59,994 nt of DNA, from the IMG/VR virus record IMGVR_UViG_3300029616_000006. One strand, 5' to 3'. Source of the stretch: a virus. Below the pieces are notes generated by a model that made no database searches, was not told where the DNA came from, and saw only the letters and a program-made list of their open reading frames with translations. The translations under genes and the position numbers were made by a program. Below, piece by piece: positions 27,613-36,689 of this stretch (positions within the stretch are counted from its first letter, which is position 1; every line of letters starts with the position of its first letter).

Positions 27613-27807
27613 ATGGCTAAGAAAAGATTAACAAAAGAAGAAAGAAGAATTTTAAAGGAGGATGTGGAAGGTCTTAAATGGCTTTCTGAACATTACCGAA
27701 AAGAAGGTAAACTTGCTAAAGCAGCCGATTGCGAAAAGGAAATGGAAGAAATCAAAGCTAAGTTGAAAGGGGTTGAACCTAATGAGTTTTCAGAAAAAGA
27801 ATCTTAA
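27613..27807 (+). CDS. Hypothetical early protein
   Basis: AAAGGAGAGG SD; 64 aa, charged. Confidence 0.6.
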   Translation: MAKKRLTKEERRILKEDVEGLKWLSEHYRKEGKLAKAADCEKEMEEIKAKLKGVEPNEFSEKES

Positions 27808-28219
27808 TCCAAAAGGATGGAAAGCTAACGATTGTGTAGTAAGAGCATTATCACCAGCACTTGGTTGTAGTTGGCAAGAAACATATTTCCAACTATGTAA
27901 GATTGGTTCAAAGAAATGCAGAATGCCAAACGAGAAACAAGTTTACGAGGCATTACTAAAAGAATATGGCTGGATTAAACAAAAAATGCCAAGACATTCA
28001 GATGGTACTAGATATACAGTTGGTGAACTAATAGAAACATATAAAGGTCCAATGGTTATTAGTATGGCACATCACTTAACATATGCAATAGGTCATACTA
28101 TATACGATACTTGGGATTGCAGTAATAAAGCAGTTGGTAATTACTGGATACAAGAGAATAATGACTTTTGTATTACATTAGATGAAATAAATGATAAAGT
28201 AAGAAAGGTGTTGTTGTAA
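27782..28219 (+). CDS. Possible papain-fold cysteine peptidase-like early protein
   Basis: Candidate Cys (NDCVVRAL), His (MAHHLTYAIGH) and Asp (YDTWD) in papain-like order; ATG 27782 preferred over the track's TTG. Confidence 0.3.
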   Translation: MSFQKKNLNPKGWKANDCVVRALSPALGCSWQETYFQLCKIGSKKCRMPNEKQVYEALLKEYGWIKQKMPRHSDGTRYTVGELIETYKGPMVISMAHHLTYAIGHTIYDTWDCSNKAVGNYWIQENNDFCITLDEINDKVRKVLL

Positions 28220-28220
28220 G

Positions 28221-28448
28221 ATGAATAGAATTGAATTATTTTATAACACAGAAACTAAACCACATTCATTAGAGGTTAGAAACGATATGAAAGGTTATAC
28301 TAATGAGGCTTTATTAGTGGCGTTTGGTAGAAGTGCAGATATGTTATTTGAATTATTAAAGAACGTTGATTATAGTAAGTTAGAAAACTATATAGAGTAT
28401 GGGGTATATGTTAAAAGAAAGAAGGGTGACGAATGGACGAGAGAATAA
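28221..28448 (+). CDS. Hypothetical early protein
   Basis: Packed ORF with an AAGGTG SD. Confidence 0.55.
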   Translation: MNRIELFYNTETKPHSLEVRNDMKGYTNEALLVAFGRSADMLFELLKNVDYSKLENYIEYGVYVKRKKGDEWTRE

Positions 28449-28654
28449 AGAATACCATTAGTTTAGAGTTAACCAGATTTATAGATAAGGATTACGGGTG
28501 TAAGCACTCAGTCCTTACTATAAAGGTTGATAATAATATGGTTCAAAAAACTGGTATTGAAGCGGAAGCACTATTTAGTATGGTTAAAGATTTAGTTGAT
28601 ACCGGTGAAGAATTAAAGTTTGAGGAGGATGAAGATGAAACATTTAACAGTTAG
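28433..28654 (+). CDS. Hypothetical early protein
   Basis: Packed ORF, acidic C-terminus. Confidence 0.55.
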   Translation: MDERIKNTISLELTRFIDKDYGCKHSVLTIKVDNNMVQKTGIEAEALFSMVKDLVDTGEELKFEEDEDETFNS

Positions 28655-28877
28655 AAAAGATATGATGAAGGATATAGTAGTTGATTATAGAGGTTGTGGT
28701 CATAAAGAATACTATGGATGTTTAGTTTGGAGAGATGGTTTACAGTATTGTAGAAGATGTATCCATCAGATATGGGTAAAAGAAAATCCTAACGGATGGA
28801 AACCAGGACCGGATGAAAAGTATTTCCCATTGTATTCAGATGGTAAAGATTATAGATGTTCTGAGGAGGGAGAATAA
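28635..28877 (+). CDS. Cys-rich hypothetical early protein
   Basis: ATG 28635 sits 6 nt after GAGGAGG; CGH...C...C..C cysteines. Confidence 0.55.
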   Translation: MKHLTVRKDMMKDIVVDYRGCGHKEYYGCLVWRDGLQYCRRCIHQIWVKENPNGWKPGPDEKYFPLYSDGKDYRCSEEGE

Positions 28878-29215
28878 TGAACAAAAAAGATATTAAAATA
28901 CCAAAAGCGAGACCATTATTTGGTCCGGGGTCTAAAATGGAAGAAGTAGAGATTCCTAAGGTGGAAATCCCGACAATTGAAATACCTAAAGTTATTGGTA
29001 ATGTAATTGAATCAGAAATAGATGGTTGGAAAAGCCAATATGCTCCAGATGAACCAACAGATAGATTTATTCTAATTAGTCCAAACAATGAAAGATTTGC
29101 CTGTAAATTCTATAATAGAATTACAAATGATTTCGTAGGGTCATCAATGCTATCGATGTATAACTTAAGAGACCATTACGATAGAAATATAATTCCGGAT
29201 GAAGAAGGAATATAG
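28877..29215 (+). CDS. Hypothetical early protein
   Basis: GAGGAGGGAG SD; EIPK-type short repeats (VEIPKVEIPTIEIPKV). Confidence 0.6.
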   Translation: MNKKDIKIPKARPLFGPGSKMEEVEIPKVEIPTIEIPKVIGNVIESEIDGWKSQYAPDEPTDRFILISPNNERFACKFYNRITNDFVGSSMLSMYNLRDHYDRNIIPDEEGI

Positions 29216-29220
29216 AGAAG

Positions 29221-29226
29221 TATAAT
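29221..29226 (+). promoter_or_regulatory. TATAAT-N7-SD element upstream of the SNF2 gene
   Basis: GAAGTATAAT then 7 nt then AGGTGA. Confidence 0.3.
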
Positions 29227-29243
29227 ATATATGAGGTGATGAA

Positions 29244-30953
29244 ATGTTATACGTAAGATATGATAAACCAATAAGTCAGGCAAGGACAGAGTATTCTGCC
29301 TTTGTTTCCTTTAAATGGTGTCAAGAATATGTTGATGGTATTAAAAAACTACCTGTAAGATATTGGCATAAAGATAGAAGGGAATGGGAAATACCCACTA
29401 ATGAAGTTCCATATTTAAAATCAGTTAGCAAGAATATAACTTTATTAAATGAGTTACCTGACAGCAATAAAACTGGAATTACATTAGACGAATCTGAATT
29501 TAAAACTAAACCATATAGTTATCAATTAGATGGTGTTAAGTATGGTATAACACATCCGAGTTGGTTACTAGGCGATGTTCAAGGTCTTGGTAAAACAAAA
29601 CAAATGATTGACCTTGCCGTATGGAAGAAACACCATGAAGGTATAAAACATTGTTTGATTATATGTTGTGTTAATAACTTAAAATATAATTGGTTAAATG
29701 AGATAAAGATACATAGTAACGAAAGTGCCTGTGTATTAGGTGTTAAGAAAAAAGGAAGAGAGCCTTCTATGAAAGATAGAATAGAGCATTTAAAATATGG
29801 GCCGAATGAATTCTTCTGGATAACAAATATAGAATCCTTAAGAACTAAAAAAGATGGTAGGTTTTATAAATCTGAAGTGGTTGATTTATTAAATGATTAC
29901 ATAAGACAAAATGAAATAGGAATGGTAGTTGTAGATGAAATTCATAAATGTAAAAATAGTACCTCAGCACAAGGAAGAGGGTTATTAAAATTAAAGGGAT
30001 GTTCTAAAATTGGTCTGAGTGGTACTTTATTAGTTAACAAACCATTAGATTTATATACTCCATTAGCATTTATAGAAGCCATTAGCAACAATCAATATAC
30101 TTTTAATCAAAGGTACACAACTAGAGATTACTTCGGAAATGTGGTTGGATATAAAAACTTGGAGGAATTACAATTTCTTATGGATTCCAATATGTTAAGA
30201 AGAACTAAAGATTTATTAGATTTACCTCCGAAAATAGAAAAGAATGAGTATATAGAATTAAGTAATGAAGAAAGAAAATTGTATAATGCCATAGAACAAG
30301 GAATCAAAGATGATATTAAAAAAGATGCCAACTTAATTAAAACTCCGGCATCAGTTCTTGCTAAAATAACTAGATTAAGGCAAGCGGCAACTCATACTGG
30401 TTTAATTAGTACCGAAATAATAAAAAGCTCAAAGTTTGAAAGATTGAGCGATATATTAGAAGAGGCAAAAGATAATGGTGAGAAAGTTATAGTATTTACA
30501 ATGTTTCGACAATTAGCTGAAATGGCTATGAAGGAATTTAAAGAATATGACCCCTGTTATATATGGGGACAAATGAATCAAATAGAAATCCAAACACAGG
30601 TAAATAAATTCCAAGAATCACCAGGATTTCAAGTTCTATTCGGTGTTATCCAAGCCGCTGGTACTGGTATAACTCTAAATCAAGCAGGTATCGTAGTATT
30701 TTTAGATTTACCGTGGGATAGAGCAACAATGGAACAAGCAGAGGATAGAGCCCATCGTATTGGTACTAAAGGAACAGTTACTATTATTAGATTGATAGGT
30801 AAAGATACCTATGATGAAAGATTATGGAGAAAGGTTTTTAGTAAAGGTAAAATGTCGGAAGCGTTAATTGATATGAAGGAAGTTGCTAAAGTAAAACCAT
30901 ATATAGATTGTTTATTCGAAGAAGGAGATTACGAAGAAAATAATTTATGGTAA
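29244..30953 (+). CDS. SNF2-family helicase/ATPase
   Basis: GLGKT Walker A, DEIH box, C-terminal QAEDRAHRIG motif VI. Confidence 0.85.
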   Translation: MLYVRYDKPISQARTEYSAFVSFKWCQEYVDGIKKLPVRYWHKDRREWEIPTNEVPYLKSVSKNITLLNELPDSNKTGITLDESEFKTKPYSYQLDGVKYGITHPSWLLGDVQGLGKTKQMIDLAVWKKHHEGIKHCLIICCVNNLKYNWLNEIKIHSNESACVLGVKKKGREPSMKDRIEHLKYGPNEFFWITNIESLRTKKDGRFYKSEVVDLLNDYIRQNEIGMVVVDEIHKCKNSTSAQGRGLLKLKGCSKIGLSGTLLVNKPLDLYTPLAFIEAISNNQYTFNQRYTTRDYFGNVVGYKNLEELQFLMDSNMLRRTKDLLDLPPKIEKNEYIELSNEERKLYNAIEQGIKDDIKKDANLIKTPASVLAKITRLRQAATHTGLISTEIIKSSKFERLSDILEEAKDNGEKVIVFTMFRQLAEMAMKEFKEYDPCYIWGQMNQIEIQTQVNKFQESPGFQVLFGVIQAAGTGITLNQAGIVVFLDLPWDRATMEQAEDRAHRIGTKGTVTIIRLIGKDTYDERLWRKVFSKGKMSEALIDMKEVAKVKPYIDCLFEEGDYEENNLW

Positions 30954-30955
30954 AA

Positions 30956-30964
30956 ACATATAAT
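30956..30964 (+). promoter_or_regulatory. ACATATAAT -10-like element
   Basis: Followed 7 nt later by AAGGAGG. Confidence 0.35.
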
Positions 30965-30986
30965 AATAATAAGGAGGTAGACACAG

Positions 30987-31286
30987 ATGGATAAATTAGT
31001 CGATGTAAATTATATCGCTGACTTATGTGGAGTGAAAAGAGGTTCAATAGTTAGTTACATTAAATACTGTGCCGAAAGTGGTATTGAGATACCAAATCCA
31101 GTTCCTTATCAATCAAGTAAATATGTTTATACTATAGAAGATGCTAAAACCATTGCTGAAATGTTTAGAAATAAAAAACGTGGAGAAATGGCTGAATATA
31201 ATTACAAACATTGTTGGGGTAAGAAGATTAGGGAAAAATATCCGAGAAATTCCAAGCAGAAGTCAGCAGAGACGAGTGAAAAATAG
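30987..31286 (+). CDS. Helix-turn-helix DNA-binding protein (putative)
   Basis: VNYIADLCGVKRGSIVSYIKY HTH-like N-terminus. Confidence 0.45.
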   Translation: MDKLVDVNYIADLCGVKRGSIVSYIKYCAESGIEIPNPVPYQSSKYVYTIEDAKTIAEMFRNKKRGEMAEYNYKHCWGKKIREKYPRNSKQKSAETSEK

Positions 31287-31327
31287 AAAACCGGATAATT
31301 TATACGGGTAACTATAAAAACCGTTTA

Positions 31328-31351
31328 AAACCGATTTATTACGGTTTTTTT
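31328..31351 (+). terminator. Rho-independent terminator
   Basis: AAACCG / CGGTTT stem, 8-nt loop, T7 tail. Confidence 0.65.
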
Positions 31352-31369
31352 ATTTTTGTTTATATATTT

Positions 31370-31377
31370 CGTATAAT
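31370..31377 (+). promoter_or_regulatory. CGTATAAT promoter element (copy 2)
   Basis: TTTCGTATAAT, then 7 nt, then AGGAGG, then ATG 31399. Confidence 0.5.
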
Positions 31378-31398
31378 ATATCTGAGGAGGAGAAAAAT

Positions 31399-31773
31399 AT
31401 GTTTGACAACTTAACTATGGAAGAAGTTGTTGACAGATTAAAAGAAGTAAGGGATTCACAAAAAGCATTAAAAGAGCAAGAGGATGCTTTAAAGAAAAGA
31501 ATTTTAGCTGATGGCAGAGATGAAATTAAATCTGAAAACCATACAATGAAAATTCAAACAAGAACTAAAGAAGTATTTAACGAAGAAGCATTTATAGAAC
31601 AATTTAAGAATGATTCTTCATTCGATGATGCTATTAAAGCTAAAGTATTAGAGAGTAAAATAGTTCTTAACCAAGAAGGTTTAAATGAAGCATGCCAAAA
31701 CAATGAAATCCCATTAGATTACGTTATTCCTTTTAATACTGTCACAGAAACTAAAGTTATTACAGTAAAATAG
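31399..31773 (+). CDS. Hypothetical coiled-coil protein
   Basis: GAGGAGG SD; 124 aa, charged helical. Confidence 0.65.
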   Translation: MFDNLTMEEVVDRLKEVRDSQKALKEQEDALKKRILADGRDEIKSENHTMKIQTRTKEVFNEEAFIEQFKNDSSFDDAIKAKVLESKIVLNQEGLNEACQNNEIPLDYVIPFNTVTETKVITVK

Positions 31774-31793
31774 TCTTTTACGGACTATTTTTT
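31771..31793 (+). terminator. Weak Rho-independent terminator
   Basis: TAGTC / GACTA 5-bp stem followed by T6. Confidence 0.45.
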
Positions 31794-31804
31794 CATGTTC
31801 GTAT

Positions 31805-31812
31805 CGTATAAT
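31805..31812 (+). promoter_or_regulatory. CGTATAAT promoter element (copy 3)
   Basis: CGTATAAT, then 7 nt, then GGAGGAGG. Confidence 0.5.
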
Positions 31813-31834
31813 TTAATTAGGAGGAGGAATATGT

Positions 31835-32971
31835 ATGGATATTGAGAAGATGCAGCAAGAAATAAATATACAGGTAAATGAAGAAATGACAACTTCTAAT
31901 TATAGAGCCTATGATTTCAGATTGGTAAGATACATAGGGTTAGAACCAGCAATTTTACTTACATATCTCTGTGACCAAGATAAATTCATAAATAAAAGAA
32001 ATGTTGGTTCTGAATTCTATAAACAGAAAAAATTCATTGAATTCTTCACTGGATTAACTTCTAAACAACAAACATTAGCAATAAAGAAGTTAAAACAATT
32101 AGAATTGATTGATGTGATAAAAAAAGGAATGCCTGCTAAAAATTATTTCAAAATTGATTACAATAAGGTTAGAGAAATGAAAAAGATAGTTGTAGATGAG
32201 TTTTATGGTGAAATTGAAAAGTACAATTATTACGAACATGAGTTTGATACTGATGAAGAAATACTAGAACAAGCCAATGAAAAATCGGTTAAAAAAGAAC
32301 TTTCCAGTGAACCGGAAACAGGTTCACAAGAGAACCTGAAAGATAGTGACATAAATAATAAAGAGATAAATAATCTAGATACCTATAATAAATTATCTAA
32401 AGATAATTCAATTATAGGAGTACACGCTGAACGCGGTACTCATTTAGCCGATGATAATAATTTAAAAAATAATAATATTAAGAAGAATGAAAGTATGGAA
32501 GAAGTTTTAGAAGAAGTTGGTAAAACGGTCGGACCTGATGGTATTGAAGTTTTTAGTAATCAAGATAGTTTAGTAGAGGTACCAAAAACAGCCGTCGCGT
32601 CGCCGGAGCCAAAAAAGAAAGGTAAAGGTGGATTAGCACCATTATATGATTTAGTAGATGAAAGAATTCCTGGTGATAAATATCCAACAATAAATATTGG
32701 TTGTAAAACATATTTAAAAGCACATATTGGAATTAGAAGATTACCTAGTGTAGAGAAGTGGAGTGGTATGCTAGATTTCTTAATAAATGAAAGTAGTATA
32801 AGTATAAATGGAACTAGTGGTAAAAAGATAGTACCGTCTAAAGCAATAGCAATATTAGAGAAGGCAATAAACGGAAAGGATGGAGTACCATATTTAGATT
32901 TTGATAAAGTTGATGGAGGGTTGATGGAACCAACCGTAGAAACAAACCAAAGAAATAACACAGGGTACTGA
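31835..32971 (+). CDS. Putative replication organiser / winged-helix DNA-binding protein
   Basis: N-terminal 110 aa look wHTH-like; low-complexity linker; position upstream of the loader and helicase. Confidence 0.3.
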   Translation: MDIEKMQQEINIQVNEEMTTSNYRAYDFRLVRYIGLEPAILLTYLCDQDKFINKRNVGSEFYKQKKFIEFFTGLTSKQQTLAIKKLKQLELIDVIKKGMPAKNYFKIDYNKVREMKKIVVDEFYGEIEKYNYYEHEFDTDEEILEQANEKSVKKELSSEPETGSQENLKDSDINNKEINNLDTYNKLSKDNSIIGVHAERGTHLADDNNLKNNNIKKNESMEEVLEEVGKTVGPDGIEVFSNQDSLVEVPKTAVASPEPKKKGKGGLAPLYDLVDERIPGDKYPTINIGCKTYLKAHIGIRRLPSVEKWSGMLDFLINESSISINGTSGKKIVPSKAIAILEKAINGKDGVPYLDFDKVDGGLMEPTVETNQRNNTGY

Positions 32972-32972
32972 T

Positions 32973-33563
32973 ATGAATTTAGAGGAAAGAAATAAAAAGG
33001 TGGAAGAGAATTTAAAATTGGTGTCACATTCACTATCATTATTAAAAGTTCCGTGGAATGAAGATTATTTTCAGCAAGGTGTTTTAGAACTAATTAGATG
33101 TGTGGAGAATTACGATGAAACAAAAGGATATAGGTTTAGTACTTATGCCGTTAAGTGTATTACATTAAAATTAAAAGATTACATAAAAAGAGATTACGTA
33201 ATAAAACCAAAACTAACCGGGGAGAAAGGTGGTAAGGTGTGGGCACCACAAGTAATTAGTTTAAGTAAACCGGTTGTTACAATACCAGGAAACAAAGAAT
33301 TAAGTGTGGAAGATGTTATTGGTATAGAAGAAAGCCATGAGTATTTATATTTGATGATGGATTTACAGAGATTAGTAAAAGATGGTTTATTGAATGCTAG
33401 AGATTTACAATTATTTCTAGATTCAGAGGTTAATGGTTATAATAGAGCTGATTTAAGAAAGAAGTATGAAATCAGTAATACAAGAATTTCGAATATAATA
33501 TCGGAAGTTAGGAATATTATTAAACAAAATCTTTCGTATAATTATTTTGAAGGAGGTAGATAA
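32973..33563 (+). CDS. Sigma-70-family factor (phage-encoded) 1
   Basis: Region-2-like FQQGVLELIRCVENYDETKGYRFSTYAVKCITLKLKDYIKRD; region-4-like RADLRKKYEISNTRISNIISEVRNIIKQ. Confidence 0.7.
   Translation: MNLEERNKKVEENLKLVSHSLSLLKVPWNEDYFQQGVLELIRCVENYDETKGYRFSTYAVKCITLKLKDYIKRDYVIKPKLTGEKGGKVWAPQVISLSKPVVTIPGNKELSVEDVIGIEESHEYLYLMMDLQRLVKDGLLNARDLQLFLDSEVNGYNRADLRKKYEISNTRISNIISEVRNIIKQNLSYNYFEGGR
33535..33542 (+). promoter_or_regulatory. CGTATAAT promoter element (copy 4), inside the 3' end of the sigma gene
   Basis: TTTCGTATAAT, then 7 nt, then AAGGAGG, then GTG 33565. Confidence 0.5.
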
Positions 33564-33564
33564 G

Positions 33565-34251
33565 GTGAAGTGTTTTAAAAACGGTAATGATTGTCCATAC
33601 AGAAACATATGTAGTAATAAAACCTCCGATGGTAATTGTTATAAGTTATGTAGTAAGTTCAATGAAATAGATACACTGTTTTATAATGCTAATATACCAA
33701 GAGCATATTTACAGCCGATGGTATTATATCCAGATGAAATAGATGTACCTGCATTCGATGTATTAAAAGCAATAAAAGATAACATTGTAGATTATGTAAA
33801 TGAATCAGTCTATATAACAATAAGTAGTAAAAATAGAGGTAATGGCAAAACAAGCTGGGCTATAAAGATACTTCAGAATTACTTACATAATATTTGGTAT
33901 GAACCTGGTGGCAGAACTAGAGGATTATATGTAGATGTACCAGAGTATATAAGTGAGTTGAAAGCAGGATTTGATAGTAAAGAAAACGAGGCGAGGTTAT
34001 TTGCCAAGGATATTGATAGAGCAGATTTGGTTATATTTGATAATATAGATGTTCAAAGGTTAAGCGAGTGGGAAAGGTCAGTTTTAACTCAACATATAAG
34101 AAAAAGATTAAATAATGGATTGAGTAATATTTATATAACCAGAGATATTGATACAAATCTAAAGAATACTGTCGGTTATGATTTAGCTTATTACTTATGT
34201 GATAGAAGTTGTGTCTTACCGCTATTAGGAAAAGGAGGTAAGTTGAAATGA
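33565..34251 (+). CDS. AAA ATPase, DnaC/IstB-like helicase loader (putative) with a Cys-rich N-terminus
   Basis: GTG start 8 nt after AGGAGG; Walker A RGNGKTS, Walker B LVIFDNID. Confidence 0.5.
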   Translation: MKCFKNGNDCPYRNICSNKTSDGNCYKLCSKFNEIDTLFYNANIPRAYLQPMVLYPDEIDVPAFDVLKAIKDNIVDYVNESVYITISSKNRGNGKTSWAIKILQNYLHNIWYEPGGRTRGLYVDVPEYISELKAGFDSKENEARLFAKDIDRADLVIFDNIDVQRLSEWERSVLTQHIRKRLNNGLSNIYITRDIDTNLKNTVGYDLAYYLCDRSCVLPLLGKGGKLK

Positions 34252-35525
34252 TAGAAACTCAAGTAATAACTAAAATATTAACTGAAAAGAGTTTGGATGT
34301 ATTATTAGAGGAGAATATAGATTCAACATACTTTGTTTCTTATCCAGAAGAGGCGAAGTTTATTTATAATCATTACAATGAATATAAAACAGTCCCAACT
34401 AAAGAAACATTTATAGGAAAGTTTAATGATTTTGAATTTACTAGTACTAATGAGAATTGGAAGTATTTAGTAACACAATTAAGGGAAGGTTATATGTTTA
34501 ACCAATTAGCATTATTATTCAATAGTAGTGCTAAGGTAATAGAGGATAATGCCTTAAGTGGTTATCAGTTATTAAGAAATAAGATATTTGAATTAGAGAA
34601 TGTCAGACCAATGAGTTCTAACGATATTATTAAGAATGCCGATATAAGATTAAAAACCTTTACCGATAAAATAGATAGTCCAACGAGTAATACTATTAGC
34701 ATTGGATTAAAAGAGATGGATGAAAAGTTAGATGGTTGGAGATGTGGTGAAGAATTAGTTACCATTATGGCTAGAACAAATCAAGGTAAATCTTGGTTAT
34801 TATTAGAGTTTCTAGTGAATGCTTGGAAACAAGGTAAAAGAGTTGGGTTATATAGTGGTGAGATGAGTGCTGAGCAGATAGGATACAGATTTGATGCCTT
34901 ATATAAACACTTCAGTAATTTAAGTTTAATGAGAGCCAATGAGAAGGAAAAGGAGCAGTACGAAGAATATATTAAACAATTAAAAGAGGCAAAGAATTGC
35001 TTTGTTGTTATAACTCCGAGAGATTTAGGTCATTTAGCAAATGTAAATGACATTGATTATATGATTAAGAAGTATAATTTAGATATAGTTGGTATTGACC
35101 AATTTAGTTTGATGGAGGATTTTAGGAGTAGTAGAAATGACCCATTAAGAATCAGACTTGGTAATATAAGTGCAGATTTGTTTAACCTATCCTTAAACTA
35201 TAAAATACCAATTATAGCACTAAGCCAAGCAAACCGAATGGCAAGCAAGAATAATACACCAGAGCTAGAACATATGGCAGAATCAGATGCTATAGCCCAG
35301 AATAGTACTAAAGTTATAACTATGGTTAGAGTGGATAATGAATTAAAGATGTCGGTGGTAAAGAATAGGTACGGACCTGTTGGTGATGAATTCATTTATT
35401 TATGGGATATAGACAAAGGTCAGTTTAACTTTAGTAGATACGGAAGCCATAATGAAACCGAAGATGGTGGTTCTGAAGATAAGAGTATTAGTAGAAGAAT
35501 AAATGAGGATGAAAGCCCATTCTAG
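34248..35525 (+). CDS. Replicative DnaB-like helicase
   Basis: MARTNQGKSW Walker A, IVGIDQFSLM Walker B, IALSQANR; N-terminal DnaB-like domain. Confidence 0.85.
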   Translation: MIETQVITKILTEKSLDVLLEENIDSTYFVSYPEEAKFIYNHYNEYKTVPTKETFIGKFNDFEFTSTNENWKYLVTQLREGYMFNQLALLFNSSAKVIEDNALSGYQLLRNKIFELENVRPMSSNDIIKNADIRLKTFTDKIDSPTSNTISIGLKEMDEKLDGWRCGEELVTIMARTNQGKSWLLLEFLVNAWKQGKRVGLYSGEMSAEQIGYRFDALYKHFSNLSLMRANEKEKEQYEEYIKQLKEAKNCFVVITPRDLGHLANVNDIDYMIKKYNLDIVGIDQFSLMEDFRSSRNDPLRIRLGNISADLFNLSLNYKIPIIALSQANRMASKNNTPELEHMAESDAIAQNSTKVITMVRVDNELKMSVVKNRYGPVGDEFIYLWDIDKGQFNFSRYGSHNETEDGGSEDKSISRRINEDESPF

Positions 35526-35534
35526 GAGGTATAT

Positions 35535-36497
35535 ATGATACGATTAGATAATAAAGTAATAGATGTAGAAGTTGCTAATATATTAAGGGATATCAAACAA
35601 TACCGATTAGAAAGAGATGGGGTTATTATTTTAAAAGATATAAACGAGACAGGTAATAATGTTATGGTTACCTGTCCTTTTCATAAGGATGGAAATGAAA
35701 GAAAACCAAGTTGTGGTGTAAGCACCGTAGAAACTGAATCTACTCCATCAGGAACGGTTCATTGCTTTACTTGTGGTAAAAGAATGGGATTTGAGAAGTT
35801 TATTAGTTACTTATTAGGAGTGGATGATTCTGGTAGTACTGGAAGGAAATGGTTATTAGAACATTATGATGTTAGTTTTACTAGGAAGATTAACATACAA
35901 CTAAAGAGAACACCAAAGGATGTTACACCAACCTATGATTGTATAAGGGAAGAAATGTTATGCCAATATAGATATTTCCATCCATATATGTATAAAAGAG
36001 GATTAACCGATAAGATTATTGAGAAATACGATATCGGTTATGATAGTATAAACGATATGATAACCTTTCCGGTAAGAGATATAAATGGAAATTGTTTGTT
36101 TTTAGCGAAGAGAAGCGTTAAAGGAAAAATGTTTATATTACCAAAAGACAAGGATAAACCGTTATACGGGGTATATGAGTTAGATTACAATAAACAGGAC
36201 CTATATATAGTAGAAAGCTTCTTTAACTGCTTAACATTGGCGAAATGGGGGTATAATGCTATAGCAATGATGGGTACTGGAAGTATTTATCAGTATAAAC
36301 TAATAAATAAGTTACCATTTAGAACCATACATTTATGTTTAGATGGTGATATGGCAGGTATGCACGGTACTATAAGATTAGAGGAGGCAATAGATAAAGG
36401 TAAGTTAGTTTATGTACATGTACTACCGAATGGTAAAGATGTAAATGATTTGACGAAAGAGGAATTCCTGGAATTACCTTGTAAAATAAGGGTTTGA
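35535..36497 (+). CDS. DNA primase (zinc finger + TOPRIM)
   Basis: CPFHKDGNERKPSCGV...CFTCG zinc finger; VESFFNCLTL...CLDGDMAG Toprim. Confidence 0.8.
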   Translation: MIRLDNKVIDVEVANILRDIKQYRLERDGVIILKDINETGNNVMVTCPFHKDGNERKPSCGVSTVETESTPSGTVHCFTCGKRMGFEKFISYLLGVDDSGSTGRKWLLEHYDVSFTRKINIQLKRTPKDVTPTYDCIREEMLCQYRYFHPYMYKRGLTDKIIEKYDIGYDSINDMITFPVRDINGNCLFLAKRSVKGKMFILPKDKDKPLYGVYELDYNKQDLYIVESFFNCLTLAKWGYNAIAMMGTGSIYQYKLINKLPFRTIHLCLDGDMAGMHGTIRLEEAIDKGKLVYVHVLPNGKDVNDLTKEEFLELPCKIRV

Positions 36498-36498
36498 G

Positions 36499-36521
36499 GA
36501 TTTTATGAGAAAAATATTTCA
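36499..36521 (+). repeat. Direct repeat copy 1, GATTTTATGAGA-N4-TATTTCA
   Basis: Repeated at 36543-36563; TTTTATGAGA is the reverse complement of TCTCATAAAA in the spacers of P2 and P3. Confidence 0.6.
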
Positions 36522-36542
36522 AAAACTTCACAAAAAAGGATT

Positions 36543-36563
36543 GATTTTATGAGAGGTATTTCA
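36543..36563 (+). repeat. Direct repeat copy 2, GATTTTATGAGA-N2-TATTTCA
   Basis: Abuts the TATAAT at 36564-36569. Confidence 0.6.
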
Positions 36564-36569
36564 TATAAT
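36564..36569 (+). promoter_or_regulatory. -10 element (TTTCATATAAT) with a ~120-nt leader ahead of the second sigma-like gene
   Basis: One mismatch to the TTTCGTATAAT family; the leader holds an orphan AAGGAGG (36607-36613) with no start codon. Confidence 0.4.
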
Positions 36570-36689
36570 TATATTGAGGATAGGAAAACTAAGATTGGTC
36601 CTAAGGGAAGGAGGATAGTTTACAATTTATTACCGATAAGAGTAGTTCTATTCCAAAAGTAAAAAACTTGAAAGGAAAGGTTAAATATT

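Noticed and set aside
36549-36662. Small ORFs (15 and 37 codons) in the leader of the second sigma-like gene
   Set aside because: Neither has an SD at a functional distance. They are more likely chance ORFs inside a regulatory leader.
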